From NCBI RefSeq assembly GCF_964204645.1, contig NC_134026.1, positions 19,192,150-19,256,149 on the forward strand: a stretch of DNA of 64,000 nucleotides. The letters are read 5' to 3'. The position numbers and the translations under genes were made by a program. The stretch's first letter is position 1. Each line of letters opens with the position of its first letter. Under the pieces are notes generated by a model. The model ran no database searches. It worked only from the letters and a program-made list of their open reading frames with translations, and had not been told where the DNA came from. This document shows positions 1 through 23,325 of the stretch, one piece after another. The stretch comes from Tubulanus polymorphus. Its lineage: Eukaryota > Animalia > Nemertea.

Positions 1-244
1 CGTCATCGTTTTCGATAACGTTTCGAAGAAGTTACGTTTAAATGGGCGTTTTAAGATCGGTAAGAAGATGAGGAGGATTTCTGAATTTCGTATTTGTATT
101 TCGTAGTCGTTGCGTTGCTCTTTCAGTTTGATGACGTCGAAAACGCGCCGATCGCTATAACGCGGCGTCGGTACGTTTGCTATCAATCTACCGAGCTTGA
201 AACGATCAAGAGCCTACGCCGAACAGACGATGATAGCTTTACGC

Positions 245-251
245 TATAAAA
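245..251 (+). promoter_or_regulatory. Candidate TATA box of the FReD gene
   Basis: TATAAAA about 350 nt upstream of the ATG in CpG-rich sequence; motif only. Confidence 0.25.
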
Positions 252-593
252 GACGTAATTGAACATAAAATTTTCATTATTCACCGAGAAACGACGAGTC
301 GTGCGTTCTATCGATCGTATACTGATTGATGAGGCGAACAATTTTTGCCAAAAACTGATGAGTCTATGATGCTATATACGCAACGGTAAACGGTTTATCG
401 GCGCAGTCACTCCGTTGAGATTTTCGGCGAAACTTTGTGTGCGAATTTCAAACGATATTTTTGGATAGGCCTAGTATGCGTTAGTGAACATGTTCAGACG
501 GACTGATCGTGAGCTAAGGGCCTCATCAGCGAAGACACAGAGTCTGGAGTTTTTCAATAGTCTTGCGCAGATCGATTTGTCAAGTTGATCGGG

Positions 594-11648
<11,055 letters not shown>

Positions 11649-12287
11649 GAACAATTCGTTGTTTCTAAATGAGAAAATAAAACGAAACAATTCGATATGA
11701 GTGAAATACGAAACATTGATCGCACCACTATAGAATTTCTTGGTAGTAGAAGAATTTCAGGATTTCGCTTACAGTGATTGCATTTAAATACAACCATTAA
11801 CTCCATCTATGCTTACAACGAAATTCCATAGCCTAAATATGGGTTATCAGTCGTCGTGGGAGCTCGAGAACGAGAGAACAGTGTTGTCAGGCGAATTAAA
11901 GAATGAAAAATGATCATGTGCTTCATTCAAACTTAAATGTGATATATAAGTGTACGTACGCAAAGTATATGTATGTGTGTGTATGTGTGACATTGTCTTT
12001 GTTGTGATCGGAACTTATTCCGCATTATAATTTGTTGGACTACCTCAGAATTTGTTATTCCCGAGTCCGGTAGAATTGCTGGGAACCGCGTATCACTTTT
12101 CGCTCGAATAGCCCAACCACCTGTCATCAGTTATTTTCATTCAATCTGTCTGCCACATATTTCCTTTTGACTACACCTATCGAAAATCGTTTGGCTTGAT
12201 TTTATTGGTTCTTAAAGAATGAACGGAATGTTCGCCCATTAGAAACCGTGGGACTAACCTCTAAGGGCCCAATGCCCCGGGCTTTAT

Positions 12288-12681
12288 CAGGGGCGGATCT
12301 AGGATTTTTGTAGGGGCGGGGTCCAGGGAAGTAAAAAGGGACCGCATTGAAATGTAACTGTATGGACGATGCAAGCTGCGTAGCGGCATAGCCCTCATGG
12401 CCAACGACCGTGAGGGGGTACTTGAAGGGGGTCTCCCCTTACGTTGACGATAGAAATTTTTTGAAATGTTAAGAAGAATTTTGTAAGATTTCCACGAGGA
12501 TGAACGATGAATTCCATGAAATGAACCATAAATAATACACAATACCAATACCAGAATCGCAATACCATCATTTTGCGCTTGAAAAAAGATCACTTCGGAT
12601 TTTTTGGGATATACTTCTTTAGGGACCTTAAGATTTAGGGGGTACGGACCCCTTCGCCCCCTCCCCCTAAATCCATCCTCG
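12288..12681. mobile_element. Non-autonomous TIR element with CAGGGGCGGATC termini (hAT-like, inferred)
   Basis: caggggcggatctagg ... cctaaatccatcctcg, imperfect TIR; no clear TSD. Confidence 0.6.
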
Positions 12682-13079
12682 CTTACTATATATAAGATTT
12701 CAAAGAAGGCTTCTTCTTCCTCATATCACGAAATAAGTGCAAATCATAAATGAAACTCAGCAATTTCGATATTCATGGAGAAACTTCGATATAAGAGACC
12801 GGTGGTTGGGCGATTTCATTATGTAATATATTGTATATGAATAAACACGAAAACCAGCGTTTTTCCGGACAAAAAAGCTTGAGATTAGTAAACTAATTCT
12901 TCATTTAATCCAGCCCTTTTCGGATTCGGCTTCGATATCCAATTACGATACTGCGTGCATTTTTAAGAAAAAAACAAAATTAACAAATGCCTTGTGATGT
13001 GTAGTATGCCGTGGTCTCCTTTTCCGATACAAAATTCTGTATTCGACTTTCATTTCAAACAGAAATGCATATTTCACTA

Positions 13080-13283
13080 CGGTGAAACCCCGTTATATTA
13101 ATGAACTCGGATTCAACGATTCATTGGATATAACAAATACAGAATTTCGTCCCAAGTAAGAAAATTGGATTAGTTTCATACAGCGTGGATATAACGAACT
13201 ATTGGTTATAACATGTTAGAGTCCGTGGTTAAAACGAACAGGTTTTCTTGTCTCGAGAAGTTCGTTGTAACGAAGTTCCACTG
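13080..13283. mobile_element. Tc1/mariner-pogo-type MITE
   Basis: TA|cggtgaaaccccgttata ... tgtaacgaagttccactg|TA. Confidence 0.7.
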
Positions 13284-14314
13284 TAAATAATCAAATTCAT
13301 CGGATTCACTGGATCAGATGCAGACGTGATTAGGGGAGGGCACATTGACACCCGTTCTAATTGAGTCACCATCGGTTTGCAGCTGCAGCGACGATTTTTC
13401 CTCAGGTTTTTTTTTGTAGCCACTGGTTTACCGACAATATTGTTGATATAACAGTAGCAAGGAGCTGGGAGGGAGTGTTGTAGCTGTAGCGAAGGATTTT
13501 AGATTGGGGCTATGTGAAAGGGTGGTTATTGTGCCCCGGTCTCCCTTAGTGCCAAATAACAATGAAACATGTTGAATATTCTCGTAAAATTTAACCTCGA
13601 CACTCTCAAAAATCGTCACTGGAGCTATCAGCCGAGGAATAACGCTTTCTTCTCTGTTAACTCATGGACTCTTAAACGAACTTAGACTTTTAGAGTCATT
13701 TTAAAGTCCATGGTTAACTTACTCCGAGAGTTCTGTTCATCTGCCCCAACCCAGTATCGGGTAGAATGTATTGCTTCATGTTATCGAGGGGATCTTTCAT
13801 CTTTGAGATGTTATCGAAGTTTTTCCTCGTCTGGTGACTGACGTGCCCTAGGCATCAGATCAGTAATGCTGGGTCCAGAAAGGTCATTTCACGTATGGAT
13901 GACCGCCGGTATACACTGTCCCAATAAACCAAACTAACTTTATATCATAAGTCCAAAGAATTTGAAAATTCTGCGGGGTACAGGTGGTAATATTGTTCAC
14001 TCTTCGTTTCTGGATTTATACAATTCACGGGACGAAACCGAACCTATTCTATCAGCCTTTATAAGGTTATATTTCTGGATCCCGTTTTTGTAAATATTTA
14101 CGCACACGTATTGTACTTATTTATTACCTCAATACGATATAATGTGTTATTATTTATTGTCGTTATACTCGATCATAAAGTTCCAAAAGATATATGTGGC
14201 AATGTGCTGTCCGTAACGTTAAATATATCAACATCTTGTCGAATATAGATTCATCATTTTTCCTCATTGTCTCAAGACGTATAGCCATTCTGCAAATACG
14301 CCTTTTATACGTAG

Positions 14315-14472
14315 CAGGGTCGTATCTGCATTTGAATCTGGGGAAGGGATAAATCCCGAAAAAGGGGATGTTCATAGAAATAATATTTGCTAAAGGGTCA
14401 CTTTTTCAAAATTCATCGTGGGGGGGGGGGGGGGCAACTGTCCCTCTCCTGCCCCTGTTAGGTACGGCCCTG
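14315..14472. mobile_element. Short TIR element with CAGGG termini
   Basis: cagggtcgtatct ... aggtacggccctg; internal poly-G. Confidence 0.55.
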
Positions 14473-15601
14473 TATAGTTTTATTTGGTGATTTCCGGTTC
14501 AACGGCTTCCTGGAACTGCCTTCTGTGGGCTTAAATTTGACTCTAATCTGTGTTAAGTTAAAAGAAATTTGGTAATCAACCATAATCAAACTTGACCAAC
14601 AACTATGGAACTGGGCCATTATTCCTAATCTTATCTTGAATATTAACGAAATTTCGGGGTATATTAGGAGCTGTGTCTCACGAAAAAAATTTTCTATATC
14701 ATTATTGTCTTCATCGCAGTCGAATTTTTTTTCATTCCCGGGTTTTCGTCCATTCGTTAAGTGTTTGTATCAACGTGAACATTAACGATTAATATTACAG
14801 AAATACGCTGGTCCAAAGTTGAATGATATAACGATTTAGATGAAAATCACGATCAAAATCAAAAGAACTCTCAAAAGGTGTGAGAGAGGATAAAGTGTGA
14901 GGGTTTTTTTGTTGTCGCTACATTTTGTTTCATTGATAAAAATACATCCGAAAAACGAAGAGAACCTCGCGTCTGCTTAGTATATTGAAATTAAATGTTT
15001 GCTGTTCGTCGTCTATTTGTTATCATTTCGTCTGAAAATAGAACATATATTCCATGGTTATGGTTGCTATCGCGTGGCGATATTCATCCATCCGTATAGA
15101 TTCCCGTGGTTAAGATTAATTCGTAGAGGGGCGTAAGTTATGAAACCATCCTCAACGAAACCTATCTTGGGCATTATTAGAACAGGATACCATATTTTCA
15201 ATAGATTATGCCATTTTGGCAACAAGCATGAAAATTTCAGAAACACAAGTTTCAAAGGAATTCATTAAAGAATATTTATTGAATGGCGGCCGTCTTGAAA
15301 ATGTCGGCCGTATTGAATTTTTTTCAGTTGCCCCCATGTCTGATTTTTTCAGTTAGTCAATCTCTTATCATTCCTGAAATTGCCATGCTTGTTGCCAAGA
15401 TGGCACGATTTTTTCACCAAACCTCCTGACCATAACCTGGATTTATCCATTCTATTGCATAAATTCCATTCGTCAGCAACGAAATTCTCCGAAAAAAAAC
15501 GGCCGAGAAGAATGCTTAGCTTGACTGCAATATCCCGCGTGCAACAATCGACGGGCAACGATCATTAGATAGCGGGCTGCGTCAGCATCAATTCGTTGCT
15601 G

Positions 15602-15904
15602 GTCCCAGTTTCACGAAAAAGTTTAAGCCTAAAACGGTTAAGTTTGAAATGTTGTCCTCATTGAAAACATGAAGTAACCAATGGCAATTACACCAAAAAT
15701 TTGAGTTAAAATTTTTTTGCGAAACTGGCCCCTGGGCCCAGTTTCACAAAAAAGTTAAACTCAAATTTTTGGTGTGGGCCAGTTTCACAAAAAAGTTTAA
15801 CTCAAATTTTTGGTGTAATTGCCATTGGTTACTTCATTTCTTCAATGAGGACAACAATTCAAGCTTAACCTTTAAGCCTTAAACTTGTTCGTGAAACTGC
15901 ACCC
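15602..15904. mobile_element. Cluster of ~130-bp Harbinger-like MITEs: one copy, a truncated copy and an inverted copy
   Basis: gg(c/g)ccagtttcac / gaaactggccc TIRs; 15602-15731 is the reverse complement of ~15776-15904; CTG at junctions. Confidence 0.8.
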
Positions 15905-18589
15905 TGTGGAGCTCATTTGGTCTGGCTTCCACGAGCGGTTACCTGCGGCAGTTGTAACAAGCTAGCTAGAAACCGCACTTGAAAACCAGCCCTTAGCATC
16001 GGACGACGTTTTGCTAACAAATTATCTTCACGGGATCCATGCGGCTTGAGTAGTTCTTGGTATGTTATACGCAGGTTTGATTCTAGATTCATTTCAAATG
16101 ATTTGGTCGACTCCATCCTACAAATGAAACCGAAAATTTTCTCTAATTCAAGCCAAGACAAAATGTGGGGTACGTAACCCCAGAAACTAGATCCTTATCA
16201 ATGGCGTGACCATGAATCGTATGGATAAAACAGACCGTTTGGCGAATTCGAAGTATACGCAGTATAGAGGACTCTAATAACATCGGTCGATTACGTAGCA
16301 AATTTACAGCCTATTGGGATTTAAACACCACTTACCAAAAACTCGCGTGCCGTCGTTTAGGTCATCCGTGTGATCTTCCGTATCTGATCGTTGGTCGGCG
16401 AACACCAAACGACATGTCGAAAGCGCTTGATAGGCTGCGAGCAAATTGGGCCCCGGATTAAACGAATATTCTCTCCCCCGGGGAGATATTTCTGGCGACA
16501 AGCGAGGAATATAGCTCGGGTTTCCGAGAAATCTGTGTATAAATCAAATTCTCATTGCGATCCGTTGCTATTTGAATAATATATATATGGTGCGTGCCGT
16601 CACAATGCCCCAACAAGGGACATTCAGAAACAATTGATTCGTCTAGACACAAAAAGAAATGCTAGATTTTTAGTATATATACATTGTATGTATAAACGTC
16701 TTACTTCAATGTACGTAACACTTCGTATATTCTTCAATATAATAATTTATACACATTTATCCTTATCCCAGAAAACAATTCCACCGTTGGTTGCACGGCA
16801 GAAATTTTACTGGAGTCAAATATGTATAAATCGATTTGAAAAATTAACTGCTTTGATTTCAAATCTAAAAGCCAAAATTCCAGTCACAAGTGGAATTGGG
16901 TCATGGGTTTCAACGATGAGCTAGTTTACACAGATATATATCATACCTGTATGCGCCCGTCTTCGAAAAATATGCAACGAACACACACTATGTGCTGATG
17001 AATTCCGGATTAAGACGGGCAAGATCATGGAAGATGTGCGGCTTATAAATGCCCGGAGTGCTCGCGAAGAAAATAGCTATTGGCTAATACCATAATGAAT
17101 GGACGTTTTACAGTAAATTGATCATCACGATATATGAAATTTCTCATCGATAGCATTATCAAAGATGGTATCGTTGACGTCAACAGTTTTAGAGTTAGTT
17201 AATTAATCGATGGATTATGAAACTTCGTTTTATTGTCCATGGTTAAGCAAAATAGGCTTACGTGTGTTATTCGTTAAGCGGGGATCTCCAAACTGCTGAC
17301 TAAAGCGATTTTTACCGTTTTGACATTTCCTTGTCGGTTGTGGGTAAACTGTTTAACCAGGGTTCTCATGGAAAGATTTGGGAAATCAATGAGTTTAAAA
17401 AAATCTTCAATCATTTTCAATAGCAACGGGCTTCGTTCGTTAATTTTCTTATCCTAATCGGTTATTTACTTATAATAACTTGTCATTTGGATAAGTCATC
17501 AACATAAAGTTGGTTCCAGCCGCAACGACTTAAACAAGTAACTGAAGTTCGAGCTGGTCAGTTTTACTGTCGAATTTTTATTTTTCTTTTTTATTTCGCA
17601 TATAGCCCACATTAAAACAGTATGTAATTGATACGACCGTGGATCGCACAACTATATCTGCAGTACGGTACTTCCGGGAATTCCAATTTCAAAATCAAAC
17701 CCCCTGTTTCGGTTCCGGAAGGGACACAAAATCAAACGAAATTTACCAATCAAATAGAAAAAATAGCACTGAAAAATGTATCATTTGATATCAAAAGGCG
17801 CCACGGATTTTCAATTATTACTAGCGCTGGACAATCCACTCTCACCAAACTACATGTAAGTCGGTCTACGTGTAAAACAATTCCAAAAAATGCAGATTAA
17901 TGTATCAATCAGGCATGAGAGAGAGTGAGACTTCTAGACAGGGTTAACGGGCAAACATGCGGCCATTGTGCACGCATTTAAAAGCAGCACGCGACAGCAA
18001 AAAAAAACGTGCAGAAACACTTCGATCCACATATTGTCACGTTTAGTTATTGTAACGGCGTTTTCGCAAAAATTGAATTTCGATCCGATGCATTGTTTAA
18101 CTTATTTCATTAGCTCGAGCCACCAGTAATAACAACACGTTCTCGCGAGCTCTCATCATTCAAGCACGTGTTTAACATCATGTGTCAAATGCGCGAAATC
18201 GGAAGACGAGTTCCATTACAGTTATAAATTCAATCTTTTTCAAATTACGAAAAAACAAGATAATGAAATATTCATCACATCAGAAACATTCTACTCCTTT
18301 AGAAACTCTTTGAATATCCCATTTCACATCAGCATTACATTGTAATCTGTGAAGAAATGGACAATTATAAGATTATTCGTAGTTCTCTTGTTTGATAAAC
18401 GTCACCAGTCCCCCACTCATTGACAAAGGTCCACACAGATGTCGTCAACTTTTGAGTTATCGATTTCAAAAGATTCACTCATCTTTTTCATTCATTTTCG
18501 TCTATACTGGTACTTGATTTGGGGCCAAATTTTAATCCCAAATATGCGAGTTGTGAAATTTCTCTTCTTTGAATCTAATTTTCAAAGAT

Positions 18590-18880
18590 TATCCACGCGA
18601 ATACTCGCAGCACCCGACATTTGCGTGGATTACTTACAAAAAGTTCCACTTTTGTAAAAAAAAAACGAACCCCCATAGACATGGCTGTGGCTACAGACCT
18701 GTAACCAGGGTCACGAGTGTCAGGTGTAATCAAAACAAATATCAAATTTAAAACTATGAGGGAATTCTCCCAGGACCTAACCTGATTTGTGTGGGTGCCT
18801 TACAAAAAGTTCCTCTTTCACACGAAAATCGACCCCACGACCCAAACATGGGATGGCGACGGGCCTACAGACCGCCGATA
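18590..18880. repeat. Diverged tandem duplication, ~166-bp period
   Basis: gtgg....ttacaaaaagttcc....catgg....ctacagacc occurs twice. Confidence 0.55.
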
Positions 18881-19112
18881 TAGCCACGACTATCTGTATT
18901 AGATAGCTTAACCAAGCGTCAATATTCAACAGATTCAGTAGATTAGTCGCCTGCGCTTGATGGCCGATATGACGTCACTTGCGGAGGGCGGTGTACCATT
19001 CATAGCAATTAACATTGAGGTGGTACGCTACGGTGATCACAACACGAACGAACAAGGAAAAGGGAAAAACGAATGTATAAACATATTTTCCGTAACCAAA
19101 TCATGCAAACAC

Positions 19113-19141
19113 TTTATTGTACATACAAAGATGGATTTATT
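19113..19141 (-). terminator. Candidate polyadenylation signals of the PLAT gene (would imply a ~4-kb 3'UTR)
   Basis: Two AATAAA on the minus strand (19113-19118, 19136-19141) with GT-rich downstream sequence; CpG content changes near here. Confidence 0.3.
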
Positions 19142-20654
19142 CATTCGATGTGCAGTTTAAATTGCGAGAAACAATGACATATAAGTATCATATACGATAA
19201 AATATAGATTATTCCTAGCCTTCCAGACTAAATTACCACATTGCACTGGGTTAGCCTATTCTGTATTCATGCCTATGAATTATGCTGAACAAAAATAACA
19301 TTGCCTGTATTAATACACTTGGAAAAAAGTGATACGCTCTCAAACCAAATTCGCTAAATGATCGCTTCGCGTGAAAAACAACTGCGATTTACGTAAAAAG
19401 TCGCCACGATATCAACAAGTGCGATAGTAAATCACGAGTTAATGAGCGCCTCGTGATCAGTGTTAGAGAAGTATCATTCATTAGACGTACTCAGTCGAAT
19501 ATCGTGTCATCACACATTTCACGTCAGCCGAGTCAGCATTATCGGATGCTTTTTCGAGTTTCACATTTCAAAACCTTAAAAAGTGTTGCCAAAGACTTTA
19601 AAGTGTAGTCAAGTCAGCACGTAAAGGTATCCTTGTCAAATTGCATCGAACCGTGGTAGATTTCACGATGCCATTAGGTTCGAGAATTGGTAATCAAGGG
19701 CTGGAAAGACGGGCAAATTTTGAATTGCAAGTACATGTACTGTAAATGTACCCATCCAAAGAAAAACTGGTTTTGACAGTAAAAAACACTTCAACTTTGG
19801 CAGTTACTTTCAATTACGATGGCCGGCATTGTCCATCATATTTACATTCAAAAATGTAATGTATCCTCTTAGCATACAGTTGAACCTCGTTTATACGATA
19901 CAAAAGCATCATTTGGAAGATAAATCCTAAAAGTAGGAATTAAGAGGGCATTCGACCTTTAAATCGAAACCCGCTTATCACGAAGATATTTGTATCGATC
20001 AAGATTTGGATACAAGTAATACAAAACCCGTTTAATAAAACAATTTCACCGTTGCCCGCAACATTCGTATTAACGAACTTCCACTCTATTTTGATACAAT
20101 TTGAACAGGAGATTTTGGTTTTTTCGTGAGTCTTCAACAATTAATGTCAAAACCATATAAACTATTACATTTTTGACTAATACATATACGTATATAACAA
20201 TGAAAATCAACGGAAAAAAAATGACGTAACTTCAACAACTATTTTATGTAGACATATATATGCAAACGATAAAAAGATTCGAATAGATTCTCTACAGATG
20301 TTTTACGATGTTTGGATAAAAAATGCAACTAGCGTAAATAGCAGCCACATTGATGGCATCATAGATTACCATAACAACCTTTTAGTCAGATTTTACATAT
20401 CTGTGCATGTACCACATATATACATAATTGAGCAAATGTGCATTCGTACATTATCTTATTAATAATACTTCTTTTTTTATTATAATCTATAGTGAAACAT
20501 TAAAAGGAAGCAATGCGCATCGAATGAAAATTTCACATATAACGTAGAACATATTCCGTGTTTCTAACAATCTTTTTGAAATCAGTTCCCATAGATATCT
20601 GTCAATTCAATCCAATCCAACTTGAAGAGAAAAACCCACAATATAGATATATCT

Positions 20655-20792
20655 AAAACAATTGCTCTTGTTTTTTCCTAATGTTTCAGTTGGAATCGTT
20701 CCGCCCATCTTCTGAAATTGATATTTTAAATAAACTATGAAGATGGAAGTATGCCACCCGAAACGTTAGGAAAAAACAAGAGCAGTTGTTTT
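20655..20792. repeat. Inverted repeat, Penelope-like pLTR remnant
   Basis: aaaacaattgctcttgttttttcctaatgtttc / gaaacgttaggaaaaaacaagagcagttgtttt; tgaagatgg...cgaaacgtt core. Confidence 0.6.
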
Positions 20793-20832
20793 GTAGCTAC
20801 ATCATGGGTTATGGCATTCAAGAACGAAAGTA

Positions 20833-21001
20833 CTGTAGAACCTGCTTGATTTGGATCATTTGGGACCAACAAAATTCATCCAGTTTACGGGAAATCTGGA
20901 TTAAGGTCATTTTGGATATTAATGAACAAATGGACTGCAAATAATGTCCAGATAAGGCCGGAACCCGGATTAAGCCGATCCGGATTAAGCAGGTTTGACC
21001 G
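20833..21001. mobile_element. Tc1/mariner-pogo-type MITE
   Basis: TA|ctgtagaacctgcttga ... ttaagcaggtttgaccg|TA. Confidence 0.65.
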
Positions 21002-23117
21002 TACATGTAGTCATGGCTATCTACAATCAATCCCACTTCCCCGACTCATTTGAATGAGGAATTACAGGTAAGAATCTTAACCTGTTCGAGAAACTGCGTT
21101 TACAGTTTGATGGAATTGTTTGACCAACTATGATTTCATCCTTGATTAAAAGAAGAAGGAAATTCAATTACAAAATGATCTATTCTCCATTGGAATGTTT
21201 AATTTTTTTTAGAGAAAAACTAATGCAGTGTCTAAAAAAAGATTAAAATTTAGATTCTTCATGAAAATGAGGGGTAATTTTAACTTGTCAATCATCCTCA
21301 ATGACAATCTAATCATTTAATCATCATCGGTGCAATCTAATTTGAACATGATATGGTCGAAACCGAACCCTGTCCGCAAAAACGCTGGAATGTATATTTA
21401 GATTTATGAATAGATATATGGTAGATATGAAAAATTTGATATCTTGAAATAATTGAGATCACTCGATAATGGCCTCGATAAGGAGAAAAATCACAGCTTT
21501 TTATGGAAAATAAAACAATAACATTAAGTAAATTAGGTTCCAATTAGTTTCCAATAGACAAATTGGACTGAAATTATTTACAACATCTATATTCTATTAA
21601 GTGTATTCTGTATCACAGCCATTTTTGAACAACTTTTAACTTATCTATACAATATACAAACAAACTTGAGTAAGTTGAGTGCTCCCACGGAAAAAATTCA
21701 ATATATCATACTATAGATACAATATAAATAAAACCTGGCTTCCGTCATCGAATTTACATGTACTTTTATACGATGTGTATTGTTTAGATCTAATGGAGAT
21801 ACATAGAATAATACAAAGAACATCTGAATATGTATAATTAACTGTGTACATGTAAAAAAGACTGAGTAGTCTCTACACAAGTCAGATCCAATCAACCCGG
21901 ATTACCGCTCAGATATTCCTTAAATATCTTTTTAGCCCTACCTGTTGTTTTAATGGTATATCAAACACTATGCGCAAATGATATAAGATCCATCTAACTA
22001 AAACCATTGGACACATCTTCCTGGTCCAAGAACAAACTTAAGTCATTAGTAGCAAACAAGTAAATAACAGTCTAACAAGCCTTATCTTTATCAGTCTTAT
22101 CCAAATTCAGATATTACCTATAGTTCAGGTAAACATAAAGTGGGTAAAACATGCTCATAAAACCGATGAATTGGATTAATTTCATCGGCCTTGAATAATC
22201 CGCATTAAATATATAACAATTTCTATATCTGCCGGTAATTGGCTCGGGGATTTTTCCTGCAAAACAACACACAATTCGTGGAACCTTATGAATGATATAG
22301 AGTCATCAAATGACACTACATGCACACTTCGTCCCTCTAGAACTATGGATAGGTAATTATCTAGTTAATGCTTAATGTCACCGATGTCAGTGACACATTG
22401 CAGCGTTTCACTAGAATCATGTTGTTCAGAGTTAATCACGCTAGCAGTCAGCGTGTGACTATTACCAATGAGTCATCGATTTAATTTTCTTGAAGATGGC
22501 AGCACGTGCACGCAGAATTCATCGGAGGTCTAGCTCAAAAATCACTCTCATCAACCTAATCTCTATTAGATGTACAATATTGTGGGCATGGATTCATGTT
22601 CATCAAAATTTGCCTGTGAATTTTATTCATTCCCTTACCATAAATCAAATGCATTCCATCTTTCAAAGCTTTCTGCTGGAGAAACCCAGCATATTTGTAG
22701 CCTTGGAATATTTTGTAAGAGGTTTACTTGCTGCCTCAAATCTGTTTGAAATATTCCCCGGATTCAACCATGAAAGTGCAAAGCATAGTAGTTTAACAAT
22801 CTCTAATTATGGAAATTGTGTGATGTTGCCATAAAGCAAACATATGTGTTGAAGCTTGGACGTATAAACTAGAGTCTCAACTACTCATTTCATGCATCCA
22901 TGGTTGAAGTAAACCTAAGTGCTACAAAAAGATACCAGTATCTATATACTACGCTAATCTCGTAGTTACAAAGTAAAGTGCTCTAGCTGAGCACAGTTCA
23001 TAAATTTAATAGTGAGGTTATGAGCTTGGTAGAAATTATTTTGATCCAAGATTTTAATGAGTTGAAGGTGTAAGCCACTTAGAGAGATGTTATCATTTCT
23101 ACGCCCTATAGCTTTCA

Positions 23118-23325
23118 TCATTGGCCGTCCTTTTCATTTTCTTCATCTTTGTCTTTTTCATTTCCATCTTCTTTCTGGTCAGTTCCATTATCGCTAGTAG
23201 GCTCTTTATCTTTTCCTTCATTTTCATCATCAGCAGCATCTTCCAACTGTTGGTATTTGCTCGGCGCTTTTGATGGTAAAAGCTCTCTTTCAATTTGCTG
23301 ATCGCCATAACTTTCAGATAACCAA
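23118..23325 (-). CDS. Terminal coding exon: PLAT14c plus acidic tail
   Basis: ttccag|; WLSESYGDQQIERELLP then D/E/K-rich tail to TGA. Confidence 0.88.

Noticed and set aside
16965-17020. ctgatga-containing hairpin as a hammerhead ribozyme
   Set aside because: No GAAA core after the putative stem II
23099-23308. Met/Lys-rich 69-aa ORF
   Set aside because: Off-frame reading of the acidic terminal exon
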